From contig CM120642.1 in assembly GCA_051362555.1 (NCBI GenBank), forward strand, positions 19,220,001 through 19,284,000: a DNA stretch of 64,000 nt, in the 5' to 3' direction. Shown here one piece after another: positions 13,009 to 46,836 of the stretch. A program made the translations under genes and the position numbers. The DNA is from Lingula anatina. Its lineage: Eukaryota; Animalia; Brachiopoda. Within the stretch, counting starts at the first letter, position 1. Each line of letters starts with the position of its first letter. Below the pieces are notes generated by a model. That model saw only the letters and a list, made by a program, of their open reading frames with translations. It was not told where the DNA came from and did no database searches.

Positions 13009-16000
13009 ATGAAGTTTTTGGTATTCTTAGGACTTATAGGGTAGGTTGATATTTTTTCTGATTTTTCTTGGTTTAATTTATCTGTATTATTTTTAAAAAA
13101 TCAGTTTGAAATGCTCAAAAATACGTTGAAATAGGAGCAGCTAGGTCCACGCCTATGTTTAGCTTAAGCTTTCGTAGATTAATTTCATACTGAGTATTGG
13201 AATATTCTTTTTCTATCTTCAGTTTTGCTCTTTGCCAGGACAGGATCGACCAGCTGTGTAGCTTGGTGGATGCCAACAAGGACGACTCCATCCAAAAGAC
13301 CGAACTGATGGCCGTGTTCCTTTCATTTGATGACGACGGTAGGCAGTTGTTTCTGTCTCTCTGCACAACCGCATTTTCTGTTGAAATGACAAAATCCAAA
13401 ATCATGGCAAAGATTCAATACATGAGCAGCAAACGTTTCACCAGTTCTCTTCATTTTCAACATGGTCTTGGAATACCTGCTCCTTTTAAGTAACGGGAAG
13501 TGTATCTTATATGCATCCGTGATTTTTTCAATTGAAAGCACGTTGCCGTTAAAATCAAACAATACATGAAGAAATGATTTTACAAGTATTATTTTGAAGA
13601 GAGATCGGCCTCAGTTTGTCAGTTCCGACCCGTTTTGTCCCGTTTAACGCAACTGAGGGTCCGTGTACCAGAAAGTTCGCCCTCCATTTATTTATAATGG
13701 TTACGGCTAGGCTGACCGAAGTGGGTCAAAAACTAAGGCGAGGCTTGCGTGTACAATTGCAAATGATTGGGAAGCGGACGCTGTATTAGGGGGGGGGGGG
13801 GGGGGACTCTATGTCACGTTACACCGGCTCCGTGAGCTCCGCTGGCTCAGCGTCATGTCGGCGGATACAAGTCACCGTTACCGCATTTCTTCCTAAACAA
13901 CAGAGACCTGTGTCCTCATCTCTTGAAATTAGGTCACATATAATCTTGAACCCCTTGATTTGGAACTCTGTCGGTGCATTTGCATAGGCGTGACGCTCGT
14001 CGCAATATATAATGCAACCTTGTCAAAATTTTTGAAAATCAAATGCTAAATATCCCCCAAAACCAAAGGGAATATGGGAAATTCAAGTTACTATAGAAGT
14101 CTGACCGAATGTCGTTTGTGGAGATTTCAAATATGACCTTAGATTTTACCTTTGACCAATATTTTAAGGTCGAATGGGCCAATATTTTGTAAAAAAAATA
14201 ATTATTTATGAAAAATATATTTGTGTCGAATTTTAGAAACTGAATAGACCTATGCTTTTTTTTATTATTATGGTGAGAAGTTTCACTTGGGGTCTCCTTT
14301 TATCGTCATAGGATTGTGGTCAATCGGTAAATTTCCACCATGGAAGCGGCCATTAAATGCCAAAATGGAAAACTCTCTTATTCAAGATCTGTTACTTGTT
14401 TGTTTCATTTTGTAGAGCTTGTCAAGCACAACACTGGACATTTTGGCCTTTTTTGTTTTCTATACTATTCTATGCATACCCACAGTTAATATTAAACGTG
14501 GAAAGGAAATCTTACACTGTCAATCTTGTGGCCGTGAATTAGAACCTTTGGCGTACTTTTCTCCATGAAATGTCCTTTGCAAATTTGCTAACCTTTATAA
14601 TTGTTCCAGGTGATGGCAGTGTGTCGGAGAATGAGTTTGTCACCAATTGGGTTGCCTGTACAGGGTCCTCCCCAGAAGCTGCGAAGGCACTCTTCGACCT
14701 GACTGACGCTGCGGGTGGCGACGCGAACGGTGCAATTACGCCCAATGACGTGGACGCGGTCTTTGTCGCTTTTGATGCTGATGGTAAGTTCAGTTATGGA
14801 AAATTAAAATTACATCATTTTGGAATACGAGATTTGATAATAGGACTGGATAACAACAACAAGAACAACAGTTTTAATAATAATGATTAAACGTATTGTA
14901 TACGAGCATGCCCAGCTATATACCTTGCAAGAAAATTTTGCTATATTATATTACCATTGCTGCTTTATAATCTTCTTTTCGACATGAGCGAAAAAATGAA
15001 GACTTTTCCTGTCGAACTTCGAGCGGCCACTGTGGCTTCCTCGAGCCTCAAACGGCGACCACGCCATAACTGTAGTCGAAAGGTAGCACAACAGTTGCCT
15101 CCCTGCTGGAGGTTATTTAGTTAAATTCATTTTTCTCCCCCACCAGCCATAAAATGAACCTCATAACATGCCATGTTTATGTATTATTTTTTTACTTCTT
15201 TATTTTAACACGGTGGTATTTTTTTTCTATCTAGGAAGCGGCGAAGTTTCTAAGGCCGAGTTTAGAGCCAAATGGACCGAGGTAAAATTATCTTGACATA
15301 AATGCAGTGTAGATTTTTCGAGGAAGAAGAATCACTGTTCTCCAAGCTGTAGTAACAACTTTTAACAGGGGCTAACGTTTGTTGGCAATTTGGGCACGGT
15401 TGTACAGGCATGTGATTCGCTATTTGTAGGGTGTCTGTATACGGTTGCTTACATCATTCTGATAACGCCATGTTATGATATGTTAGCCACGGTGAAAAAA
15501 GAACTGTTATAACGCCATTTGTTGAACCCACAGTTGCCTTTATCATCCTAGCACAGTTTAATTACCTTTCCGACCCCCACCAGAAAATTATGATCTATAA
15601 AACCGCTTAAGACTACTTAATAATTATTTCTAATTCTCAACAAATGCCATTTAACCATTCAACCATACTCTTTTACGGGGCGGTCAATAAAAACGACTTC
15701 TTTTTTCATCTCAATTTCAATGCAATTAAGAAATTTCCAACTTTCTTTTACCAATTTGTTCCACAAGAATGACCTTTTTACCCTTGCAAATTCTGCAGAA
15801 ATTGGAAACCTTAAAAGTAGTCAAATTTCTATAATTGATAATGGTTTCCAATTCTCCAGAATTTGTAAGGATAAAATGTCATCCTTATTGCACAATTTGG
15901 TGAAAGAAAGTTGAAAATATCTTAATACCATGTACATGTATATCAAAATTGAGATGGATTCTCCTGTCATTTCAGATCACTGGGTCTTTGGCTGCTACCT

Positions 16001-16885
16001 CGTAAGTACATATTTGGAGCCTATGAATTTTTTAATAGAATTTGATTAGATATGCATGCTATGAAGAGCGCCTTTCTTTATGTAGTATAAGATTGAAAGA
16101 AAATAAAAAAAAATAATAATAAACCGACCCTGTGCATGGTTTAGTCTCCATAAAGTCCAGTTTTCATTTGTCCAGTTGTTGTTTATGGTAATTACCAGTA
16201 AAAATTTGATGTGCAACTTTTGCCTCGTCCCCCACCCCACAACCTGTATTTGTGCTAGTCTATCCCTCGCGACTGATTTTTTTCTTTGAAGTGTACACTT
16301 AATTTGTATGAAATTAGGCCCAGGACCTGCACGAAAAAAGAACATGGCATTATTATTGACCATGAATATTGTTTTACCCTCCAACTTTGAAGTGGGCGAA
16401 AATTTGTTCTCCAAGCGATTGCAAGCCCAGTGTAACAGCGTGTTTGCGATAGATCTTTTGAAGAACAATTCTCCATTTCACAGGACTCAAGTAACGATTA
16501 GAATACAGCAACTGTTCAATTTGGTGGACAGAAACGGCAATGGTATCATGACTCGGGGCGAATATTTCCACCTCCTAACAATGTTTGACGACAACAGTAA
16601 GTACTGGCATGGTGCTGAATATTTTGAATAATTTAAAAAATGAACACATGTAGTGTGTTAAACTTTGGCTTCATGTGTTAATTTGTTATCAAGCATAGTA
16701 TAGCGGCCAAGGCAAAGACTGACAGTAATTGCCATTCAATGTCTACAAGCTGTTAAACCCAATCCTCTGTGATATGACGGAAAATTCGTGTCTGTCTGTC
16801 TGAGCCATCGGGCATCTATTAGAACAAGTCAATAGAACTTGTGTGAACGGGGGAAGGGGGGAGGGGGGCAATAACCTTTCATCAT

Positions 16886-16979
<94 letters not shown>

Positions 16980-18058
16980 TGGGGGGGGGGATGTCCTAAA
17001 CAACAATTCCAGTGCCATAGGAGCTATATTTAGTAGTAACACCACTGGAGTTTGCTGGCTCCATCCCAGATATGATTTTCATTCTTGTTTCACCGCTGTG
17101 TTTCAGAGGACGGCGAGGTCACCCAGACCGAGTTCTTAGCTCACTGGCCAGGTACAAATGGTGCCCAGGTATTTGCGGCTGGCGCTGCTGAGGACGGTAA
17201 AATTACCCGCGAAGATCTGCAACGTATCTTTAATCAGTATGATGCCAACGGTAATAGCTCTTATTATGTTTGGAGATTCATTTTCTGACAGTTCCTTTTT
17301 ATGGCTTCAAATATTTCTCAGAATTAACTGGATAAGTAATTATATTCAGGTGAATGTCACTTTGGGAACCGTTTATGTGTCTATATTTTGTTTCATATAA
17401 GCTGTGCGTGTAAGTAATATGCATTTAAGAACCTAAGAAAAATGAATCAAACAATTAACTTAATCATTGTTAACCTTTCTTTAATTGCTCTGATGCCGTG
17501 TGTGCGTTTTGAAGGATATAAAAATAAACAGAGAACAGATAAGGCACCAGAAGTATCGCAGATGGACGTGCTCAAGTCAGCAGTATTTTCCAGATTGAAA
17601 ATCTAATTTCAGAATTCTTTTTCAAAAAACTTTCTATTTTTACTTCTAGGCGACGGCCAAGTCCCCTTTGAGGAATTTGCTGCAGCCTGGTTAAAGGTAA
17701 CTTCTGTACAATTATTGCCTTCGGGTGAGGTGACTTCGGTGATTTATGCAACCCTCAGCTGGCATAATTGACCTCCGCCGTCGTATACATTTACGAGTGA
17801 TATTATGACAGTTGTATGGATAAACAGTAGCTGTATTATTAACCCATGTTTTCAAATGGTAGAAATATATCTGGTATTACATACTCTTTCAGTCAGATCA
17901 TTGCCATCCGTGTTGCCGTTGTCGTTGAGGTATTATATTATAAGTTGGGGAAAAGAGACAAGAGAGGGTGCACAATTGCTTTATTTGTTTTAAGTTGTAA
18001 CGTTGCGGTATTTTATACATTCCAGATCGTTAGAGAGAATCCTGCCATTCTTGGTTGA
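13009..18058 (+). CDS. Secreted multi-EF-hand protein, copy B (243 aa; 9 coding exons)
   Basis: Exons 13009-13040, 13223-13338, 14610-14783, 15235-15281, 15976-16001, 16484-16596, 17107-17250, 17650-17696, 18026-18058; exon lengths identical to copy A, splice sites intact, frame open. Confidence 0.9.
13643..13823. mobile_element. Ginger-like MITE, paralogous copy in EF-hand copy B
   Basis: Same position and ends as 2657-2826, so it predates the A/B duplication. Confidence 0.55.
16888..16990. repeat. (TA)n microsatellite followed by poly-T and poly-G
   Basis: About 75 bp of TA repeat; only a short TA run at the paralogous site in copy A (~5893-5922). Confidence 0.95.
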
Positions 18059-21000
18059 GTGAACTCTTGCACATGATTAGTAACAGCGCTGAAGAAGGAA
18101 TTTTAAATATTTGGTGCTTGCCTATCCCCCTCACAAAAATATGGACTTAAGTGTGTACGAAGTGTTCTCCCAAATTCTGATTTTTTATCTTGGATTTCGT
18201 GAAAATACAATACAGAGGGAAAATAAAGACCAATTACTTTGCTCTTGTTGTTTTGAATTATCAGAGCATTACAATTACAAGATAAATGTATTTATGCAAA
18301 CATAAAGGAAAAGAAACATATGTCACGACGGTATTGGCTTAAATGTTACTGATTACGCAAGGTAAGAATTAAACAATTTTCATCTTCCTTCATATTCTTT
18401 ATTGTCACTTCCTAACTACGTTATATACATTTTCTTCCTCTTCCTTCAACCTCCTACATTGCATTCCACCGTTTACATTCCATTTGCCGCGAAGGTACGA
18501 CGAGGCCATGTCAATCAATTCAATCAATCAGTTACTCTACAAAACACTCCCCGCACCTTTTTCACTCGAGGCGGTCAATTACTAACATTATCTCCCGGGG
18601 ACGATATGCCTGTCCTTAGGCATATTTTAAATTAAAATATACCTCTAAATAATCCTTCTTAAGCAATCCATTTTTTATCAGAAAGTCATACCAAAAATAC
18701 AACCAAGTAAATTCTATATAATTTACTTACACATAAAATAGAAACACATTCGACATGAAACCAAAAATATAAATCAAAGGAAGATAAATTTATAACTTTT
18801 CGGAAAATCAATTGTTCGTGGATATATTTCGTATTGGCATTTTAATGTGTGTCCCAAGAGTAGAGATACTTTTTGCTTGTTTTCGACCGCGCGGATATTT
18901 AATCTGTTACTCTCTTATTATGGCTCTGACACATTTTCTTACACGGTTTCCCTCTTTTGGTTGTCATTTTTTGATATAGTAGGAATGCACTACGTGAGAC
19001 AATAGGGTCGATCACTCCCTGTCCAGTAAGCAGCAGTGAACACAACGTTGCGACCAGCGCATCGTTCATATGAAGAACTTGTTCATCTCCATATTTATCC
19101 ACACTGTAGCACTCCTTTGAGATGCCTATAAGACAAACACTTGTTTACATGTATATCAAGTTCAATCCACGAATGTATAAAATTATACTGTGAAATAATC
19201 AAGTCACAAAATGTGAGAAATCCCACTTGATGTCTACATGTATATCACCAGTTTCATGTCATCATACTGTTCATATAACAATAATCATCTGGTTAAATAT
19301 AGATAATCAGTAATCAAAAGATACATAAGCTGAATATAGATATATTTATAATCCTTCACGTATTTGATATTCAATACATAATACTTAACGTGTCATTATA
19401 GCCATGCACGTGCAATAACATATTTGACTCAAAGTTAGCTCATAAAATTTAAAGTTCGTTTTCACACAAATTAATAGTTTCCATTTGGTATAGTCCAATG
19501 TATCATTCATTTTGAATTACAGCACAAGAGTTCAATTCCATATAATTCAAATTAGTCCTTCTAGACAGTGAATAACGCTTGTCATCTGCCATTCATTGTG
19601 AATTGATAAATGTCGTGTACGTTGACGCACGTATATAGATAAATGTTCACAGTTTCCTGTACAATATATCCATGAATGTCCAATATCCAGCGTCTACGCA
19701 TTATATCCAATGTGAATGATGCAGAAATGCATGTCAAAAAAAAAAAAAAAAAAAAAAAAAAACTACTACGAAGGTTTTAACAGTTATCATCAAAATTCAA
19801 TACAGTTATGTGTGTTATGCCCTGGTATTATTCACGCAGAAGATTATGACTACAATATAACTAGTATATAACCATGCTAATAACATAATAATATTTCCAA
19901 TTACAGTACTTAAATGTAAAGAGCAGTATGAGGGGAAAATAAAAACTAGTGAAGAGTGCAAGGAGGCTACTAAGAGTATGAAAAATGATGCCTCTCCTGG
20001 GCTGGATGGCCTGACTGCAGGTTTTTACAAAATGTATTACTCCAAGTTTGAAAAAGTGTTTATTGGTGGAGCGCTGAAGTTAGTGTCTGGTTTCTAGTTT
20101 CCAGTTTAGTTTTTCAAACACGAACCGGGCAACCGGAAATTAGTGTCATTTCTCAGAAACGAACCTGACAACTAGAAACTAGTTTCGTTTTTCATAAACG
20201 CTTCGGCATCCAGAAACTAGTTTCATTTATCAAAAAAGATTCTGAAAAGCCTGGATCTGTTTTGCGGAGAATGTTACGGTCTCTCCTAGCCGTGCGCTGA
20301 GGCCGAGGTGACCGCCTCTATAAGTCACAGGCCGCCTGCACAGCGGAAACTGGGAATGTGGTTTAGGTGGGGATGGGGGTGGGGGAATAAGGGTGAGGGT
20401 GGGGAGGGGGAGGGGGAAGCTAGAATCGTTTTTACAGAGAGAAACAGGACAGGAAGGAGGGAGAGGCAACACGTGATTAACGTTTACCGCGCCCAGGTAA
20501 CCCTCACCGTGGAAGCCTCTCCTCGCCGTGCGCTGAGACCGAGACGGTCGTCGATTAGCTCCTACGGCCATCACCGCGGAACAGGGAATGGTGTTTAGCT
20601 GGGGTGGGGATGAGGGTGATCAGGGGAAAAAGCCCCACTCCCACCGAGATCTCCCTAAGTAGTTTGAATTATGATTTTTAATTTTATTGAATTTTTCAAC
20701 CAGAAACCAGTGTCGTTTTTCGACATTCATCCTCATTCCAAAAACTAAATGAACACGACAGAATAAATCTCAAAATCAGTATCTTCAACTTAATATTAAA
20801 ATTATGTTTCTATATATAACTTTGAAAAAACTTAGATCAAAAACCCCACTGTATTTCCAAAGGGCCTTTCTCATCATAAATTTGTCTGATGGGCGTGATA
20901 GTGATCAAACGAACTGAAATAAAAATGCGCGGTTGCGTTTTCGTCTTTTATTTGCTGGCATAATGCGGCTCTACAGAGGGTTGGTGTAATCCAAAACCAA

Positions 21001-21264
21001 TACGGGAAACAAATAAAGCTAATAGACACGGGATAAGTGCTATTAACATTCAACCTTTAACAAACAAAACTCAAAGCAATATGCCAATAAAACGTGATTA
21101 TCGCATGGTATGACGGTCGTGATGTGCAATTGCCCCCACCCCAGGGTTTAGCTTCGTCTGTTCACCGTCCTTGAGAATACTTTTTGACCGTGAGAGCGTC
21201 ACAGTAACTTGTGAAGATAATTTGCATAAGACGTGACTCGTAAAAACCTCAGACCACGATCTGT

Positions 21265-21456
21265 TATATAAAAGCTCGTGTCCTAGGTAAATGGGTCAGT
21301 TGACTAAGTTTTTGTGTCGTTCGTTATTGGTGCGGGATCCAAGTAAGTTATTTATATTTTTTATACAGTTTTTACTTTAACGCGGGAAGTTGAAGTTAAA
21401 TTAGAGTGATTGCATTGTGGAACCTGCTCATTCAGTTGCATGGGTGTTTATCAAAG
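21265..21456 (+). pseudogene. EF-hand copy C remnant: promoter, exon 1 and start of intron 1 only
   Basis: Matches 12465-12656, then jumps through a 21-bp filler to sequence equivalent to the 3' flank (~18690 onward); all coding exons are deleted. Confidence 0.85.
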
Positions 21457-22262
21457 ATATGGGTGCATGGGTGTTTACCAAAAATATTACCAAGTAAACA
21501 AATTCTATATAATTTATTTACACGTAAAACAGAAACACATTCGACATGAAACCAAAAATATAACTCAAAGGGAGATAAATAAATAACTTTTTGGAAAATC
21601 AGGAATGTTCATTGATATATTTCGTAATGGCATTTAGACTTTTTTACGTGTGGCCCAAGAGGAACATTTTGTTTGTTTTCGACCGCGCGGATATTTAATC
21701 TGTTCCTCTCTTATTATGGCTCTGACACATTTTCTTATACGGTTTCCCTCTCTTGGTTGTCATTTTTGATATAGTAGGAATGCACTACGTCAGACAATAG
21801 GGTCGATCACTCCCTGTCCAGTGAGTAGCAGTCATCACAACGTTGCGACCAGCGCATCGTTCGTGATGAAGAACTTGTTCATCTTCATATTTATCCACAC
21901 TGTAGCACTCCTGTGAGATGACTATAAGACAAACACTTGTTTACATATATATCAAGTTCAATCCACGAATGTATAAAATTATACTGTGAAATAATCAAGT
22001 CACAAAATGTGAGAATTCCCACTTGATTTCTACATGTATATAATCAGTTTCATGTCATCATACTGTTCATATAACAATAGTCATCTGGTTAAATATAGAT
22101 AATCAGTAATCAAAAGATACATAAGCTGAATATAGATATATTTATAATCCTTCACGTTTTTGATTTTCAATACATAATACTTAACGTGTCATTATTATCA
22201 TGCACATGCAATAACACATTTAACTCAAAGTTAACTCATAATATCTTAAGTTCGTTTTCACA

Positions 22263-22317
22263 CTTACGAAAAAGTCCTATAGGATCCTATAAGATCCTTT
22301 AGGAGTTTTTCGTTAGG
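22263..22317. mobile_element. Palindromic mini-insertion (~55 bp)
   Basis: CTTACGAAAAAGTCCTA...TAGGAGTTTTTCGTTAGG; absent from the three paralogous flanks, which read TTTTCACACAAAT. Confidence 0.65.
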
Positions 22318-22537
22318 ACACACAAATGGATAGTTTCCATTTGGTATAGTCCATTGTATCCTCCATTTTGAATTATAGCACGAGAGTTCAGTTCCATATA
22401 ATTCAATTTAGTCCTTCTAGACAGTGAATAACGATTGTCATCTACCATTTACTGTGAATAGATAAATGTCTTAGATCGCATTCACAACGAGTTGAGCCAG
22501 GCTTTACAAATCCTGGGGACTTAATATGGCGGACGTA

Positions 22538-22711
22538 CATGAAAGAAAAACCGCCTAATCTTTTAATAGTCTCTCCGCCTCTCACATGCCTCCTCACACG
22601 TCGTCCCTGTGGGGGGACAGTCATTAAATCTCGGCTCCATTGGGACGACACATGGGGAGGCGTGAGAGAGGCGGAGAGACTATTAAAAGATTAGGCGGTT
22701 TTTCTTTCATG
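22538..22711. mobile_element. Hairpin MITE
   Basis: Perfect 46-bp arms CATGAAAGAAAAACCGCCTAATCTTTTAATAGTCTCTCCGCCTCTC, with imperfect pairing continuing further in. Confidence 0.8.
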
Positions 22712-22918
22712 CAGATCAAGGTAAAAGAGCATTGTTTGCTATAAGTAAAATGGGAAAAATCATTACTTGAATGTTTACTAAATGTGCAGTTTTACATACA
22801 CAAGTATAAAAAATAAAAAAAATCCAAGCACGCACAGCAAAATGTAGAGTAACGCAAAACATCAAGAACAGCGTAATCTCAGCAAATGTGCCCCATATAG
22901 TAGCTTAATTTCCATTAA

Positions 22919-24009
22919 GGCCACACTTTTTTTTTTATATGGATGACATCCTGCGCGCGCACCGATTTTGGTCCGTTCTCAAAAAAAAAAAAAAAAAAAA
23001 AAAAAATCCCCCCCCCCAAAGGAAGTCGGTTGTCGCAAACGTCGTTATTGAATTTGCCGGAAAATGCAATCGGCAATCCTCGGCTAATTCCGCAAGCTCC
23101 ATACTGTCATTGTCAACTGCGGAGACATCCGAGTAGTTCCGAGTGTGGAAAATGAGCTTTCTGCGCATGCGTATTATCACCACGTGGAAATATGGCCGCT
23201 TTGCCGTCAAATTCATCTCTAGCATTAATTTCAAAATACACGACAATTAAAGTCATATCGAGAACGGGGGCCGTCGTTTTGGATTGGTTTGCCATTGATA
23301 TTGGACATGGAGATATCACCCTTTTACAATTATACGAAAGGCTGGCCGCGGCCAGCGATCATCGCCCAGAAAATTTCAGTGACATTCTGTCCAAAGCAGC
23401 ACATACCAGGGGGTTTTTTTTGGAGCGAAAAAAGGGTCGACAAGAGCGTCGTGGTATTTGGTGGAATGAAGGTCGGACAGGCCACCCGATAGTTGGCTGC
23501 TACGTGTGAGTCGAAGTAGACAAAATGGCATCGACCGAAATTACCTTTTCTAGATTTGGTTGTAGGAAGCATAGGCCTATCTTTGCTTCATTTTTTTAAC
23601 AATTCTGTGAAGTGTTTACAATATTAATGCTTTAATTTTCTGAGAGTACAAATAAAGACACGCTGTTTATTTGATATTGTTTTATTGATTGCTATACCAA
23701 CAGAATGCATGAAATTACCTTAAATAGATTTGGTAATATGCAGCATATATAGGCCTATTCATGACTTTTTACCTTTCTACGAAGTAGGCCCTATTCACAA
23801 TGCTTTAATATTTTGAGAGCATGGATAAAGACATGTTGTTAGTTTGATACATGTTTCTGTGGTTAAATTAGTGTTTCCAGCTGTGTACTGAAAACATAAC
23901 TTTTCTTAAGCAGTTTTTTTTTTTTTTGGACTGTTTTTTTTTTTCGCCCGCTCGCACCGATTTTGGGGTCCCCAGAGGATGTCATCCATAAAAATAAAAA
24001 AGTGTGGCC
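22919..24009. mobile_element. Non-autonomous PIF/Harbinger-like element
   Basis: TIR GGCCACACTTTTTT...TATGGATGACATCCT and its reverse complement; TAA duplicated at 22916-18 and 24010-12. Confidence 0.78.
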
Positions 24010-24929
24010 TAATAATAAAAGCATCATTTAAGTCAAAAATTTTCTGTCGATTTAATAAATGTTCTAATTTATCCAGAACGGTATATTTATTTAAGAGGAG
24101 GCTAACTGAAATATACTTTTATTATTTGTTTATTTTGTATTTGAAAATTGCCCATGTCACCCTGTTAATTAGAAGGTCTAAGCTGGATCAAGTCCGTGCT
24201 AAAATTCCTATGAAGCTGTGCAGGAAAAATTATTCCTTTATTTCTCTAGCTCCTCAATAAACCCGGGGTAAGATTTTATCTAGTACCCCCAGGTCTGCGG
24301 GAGCTGCTCTTTGAAACTAAAGCACAGGTAGATTTTTACCTGAGATAAATATCGCCAGCCATTTAACCCTCTAATTAAGAGGTAAAGGAAGTTCCAGTTA
24401 GATGGATGATTAAGATGGGACTTGTAAAGGTAACGGGCATCGTTTACCTCAGTTTAAGAAAAGTATCCAAGACGGAGTGTCAGCGGTTTAATAAAATTAA
24501 TTGAATTTCACAAATAACATGGCCCTCATATGCAATAATCCACAGTACCCTTTACTCATTCAAATGCAGTGTTTTATACAACTTGGGATAACCATAATTA
24601 AATGCTCGTTAAAGAATTGACTAGACGGGAATGGTTTTACACAGCTTCATGAGGATTTAGATCCCTCGGGTAAGAGATTTGAATGAGTATTAACTTTTAT
24701 CAGAAGCCAGAGAAGTCATCTTACAGGTAGACAATGCAGCTCAGTTTGACAGCTAAGCACGCTCTGTTCTCCAGTGGCTCGATTGTCGTCATCGGACCAC
24801 GTGACCACGTAGCTCATTAACTCCCAGGCCGAGAAAATAGGGCGTTTTTTAAAGCCAAAAATTTACAAAATGAGCTTTTAATTTGTGTATTTGGATAAAG
24901 ATATCGTTAGTTGGGCATGTTTTCTGAAG

Positions 24930-25460
24930 AATATGTTCCGTTGAGGCCATTCTGACGGTATGAAGCAAATCCTTTAATTAGAAATGAGTTAAAAAAAACT
25001 GGCGTCCTTTATCACTTACAAATGTTAATTATAAAGTAGATGCTAAGATTATTTCTTATAGGCTAAACACAGTGTTGCCTACCATTATCAGCAAATATCA
25101 ATGTGGATATGTCAAAAATCGTGGAGCCGCTCAGATTTTACGAGTAATAGATGGCATCATGGGATTTATTAATGCTCATAATATGAAAGGCATTATGTTA
25201 CCAGTCGATTATGAGAAAGCATGTGATAGTATCTCCAAAGAATTTATGTTGGAAGCTTTGAAACTGTTTGGTTTTTGGTACATCATTGATTAAATGGGTA
25301 CAAGTTATAAATGAAAATGCTCACAATCATATTCTGCATAATGGACGGATAACTGGTGATGCAAGCTTGAACGTGGAATTAGACAGGGTTGTTCTTTAAG
25401 TCCTTTGTTATTTATCATTGTTTGTGAACTTCTCTCTTGTAAGATCTGCCAGTCAAATGT
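24930..25460 (+). mobile_element. L1/Tx1-type LINE reverse transcriptase fragment
   Basis: Motifs NWRPLSL, YKV.AKII, LPTIISKYQCGYVKNR, VDYEKACDSI and RGIRQGCSLSPLLF; frameshifted. Confidence 0.88.
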
Positions 25461-26126
25461 ATTTCTTATGGAAAATATTAAACTTGTGCTGCACAGAAAC
25501 ACGCCCAACAGTAAATGTTCTGATGGCAATGACACAAAGTTGGTCTTCAAATGTTGATGTATTCTAAATTTTACCCAGTTAAAACCAATGAAAGTAGCAC
25601 TTGGTATAAACATATAAGCTTTAAATTTATACTTATTGTCTTTAACCTTGAACATGCGAGTGAATATCACAAAGAGTCATTAGTCTTCCGACTAAAAATC
25701 AACTTACACCACAACACAGAATACATTCTTTTCAAAAATATGCATGGTGCTCCGTGATATGGAAACACATCAGACTGGAGAGAAAACGTCAGCCGATTGC
25801 AGTTAATTGTTGTAAATATTCTAGATATCATTGAGTTTCACATTTACCACTTGAAACAAAATTTATAACTGTTACTTGGCTACAGTTTCACTCTCTTTTG
25901 GGGAACTGCCAGCAGGCTTTCACATCATAGGGAAGTTTGGCGTATACTTGTGTTTGTCCATTACTTATACTTTCGTTTTGGTTAACGAGGAGGCATACAA
26001 TATATACTTGCAGCTCTAAGACTTTGCATTGGCATCTGAGTTCTTTGCAGAAAGAGTCTCCAAACTGTCTCCGTTACATGCAAGGCATTCATTTAGAATC
26101 GGGGCGAACTAAAACTCGGGATGCTA

Positions 26127-46227
<20,101 letters not shown>

Positions 46228-46687
46228 CGCAAAAGAGAGCGTTATACTATTTAAACAATGTTTACACACTTTCTCCTTTTTTCTCTAGCATTGGTTTGCT
46301 TAATCCTACAGCCCGTATGTCGCCTTTGACACTGACATAACACCGCGTGTCTAAAAACATCATAACTTCGTATTTCACCTTTATGATTAACGATCTGTGA
46401 AGAATGATTACATTTCTTCCAAAACGCAAAAAACACAGCGATTATCTCTTTCTCAAAAGTTGCTAAATAAAGAAAACGAACGAGGTTGAGTTAATGTGAA
46501 GATGAATAAAAAGCCAATCAAATTAATAAGATTAGAAAAAACCAAAAGTATTTCGGATCCCTCCGTACCTTCCAAGAAGAGTAGGTAGCCTCGTTTTTGA
46601 CTGCCGACTCATTCAACAATGAAACCACGATTTTGACAACAAAAGCCTGACCCCGTTCAACAACTAAATGGAACGCAGAGGCATTCA

Positions 46688-46836
46688 GGGCCCCGTATCT
46701 CGAAAGCATCGCGTATTGCGCATAGCGATATCACATAGAGGCTATAATGTATTATACGGGGCGAGTATTGGCGAGTTACGGAATCGAGACGCTTGCGCAC
46801 AGTCGCAATGCGCGATGCTTTCGAGGTACGGGGCCC
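46688..46836. mobile_element. ~150-bp MITE (Harbinger-like ends)
   Basis: Arms GGGCCCCGTA.CTCGAAAGCATCGCG.ATTGCG; second copy in opposite orientation at 55547-55685. Confidence 0.75.

Larger units (their letters stand above)
1..22470 (+). repeat. Head-to-tail segmental tandem duplication array
   Basis: Equivalent anchor TTTCGTA(T/A)TGGCATTT at ~3, ~9596, ~18827 and ~21560; promoters at 1495, 12465 and 21265. Confidence 0.93.

Noticed and set aside
1-22470. Array copies as uncollapsed haplotypes (assembly artefact)
   Set aside because: Four head-to-tail flank copies with distinct insertions, deletions and many substitutions exceed what two alleles would give; read depth would still be the decisive test.
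22935-23572. Several overlapping ORFs
   Set aside because: They lie within a non-autonomous TIR element and contain homopolymer-derived runs; no recognisable product.
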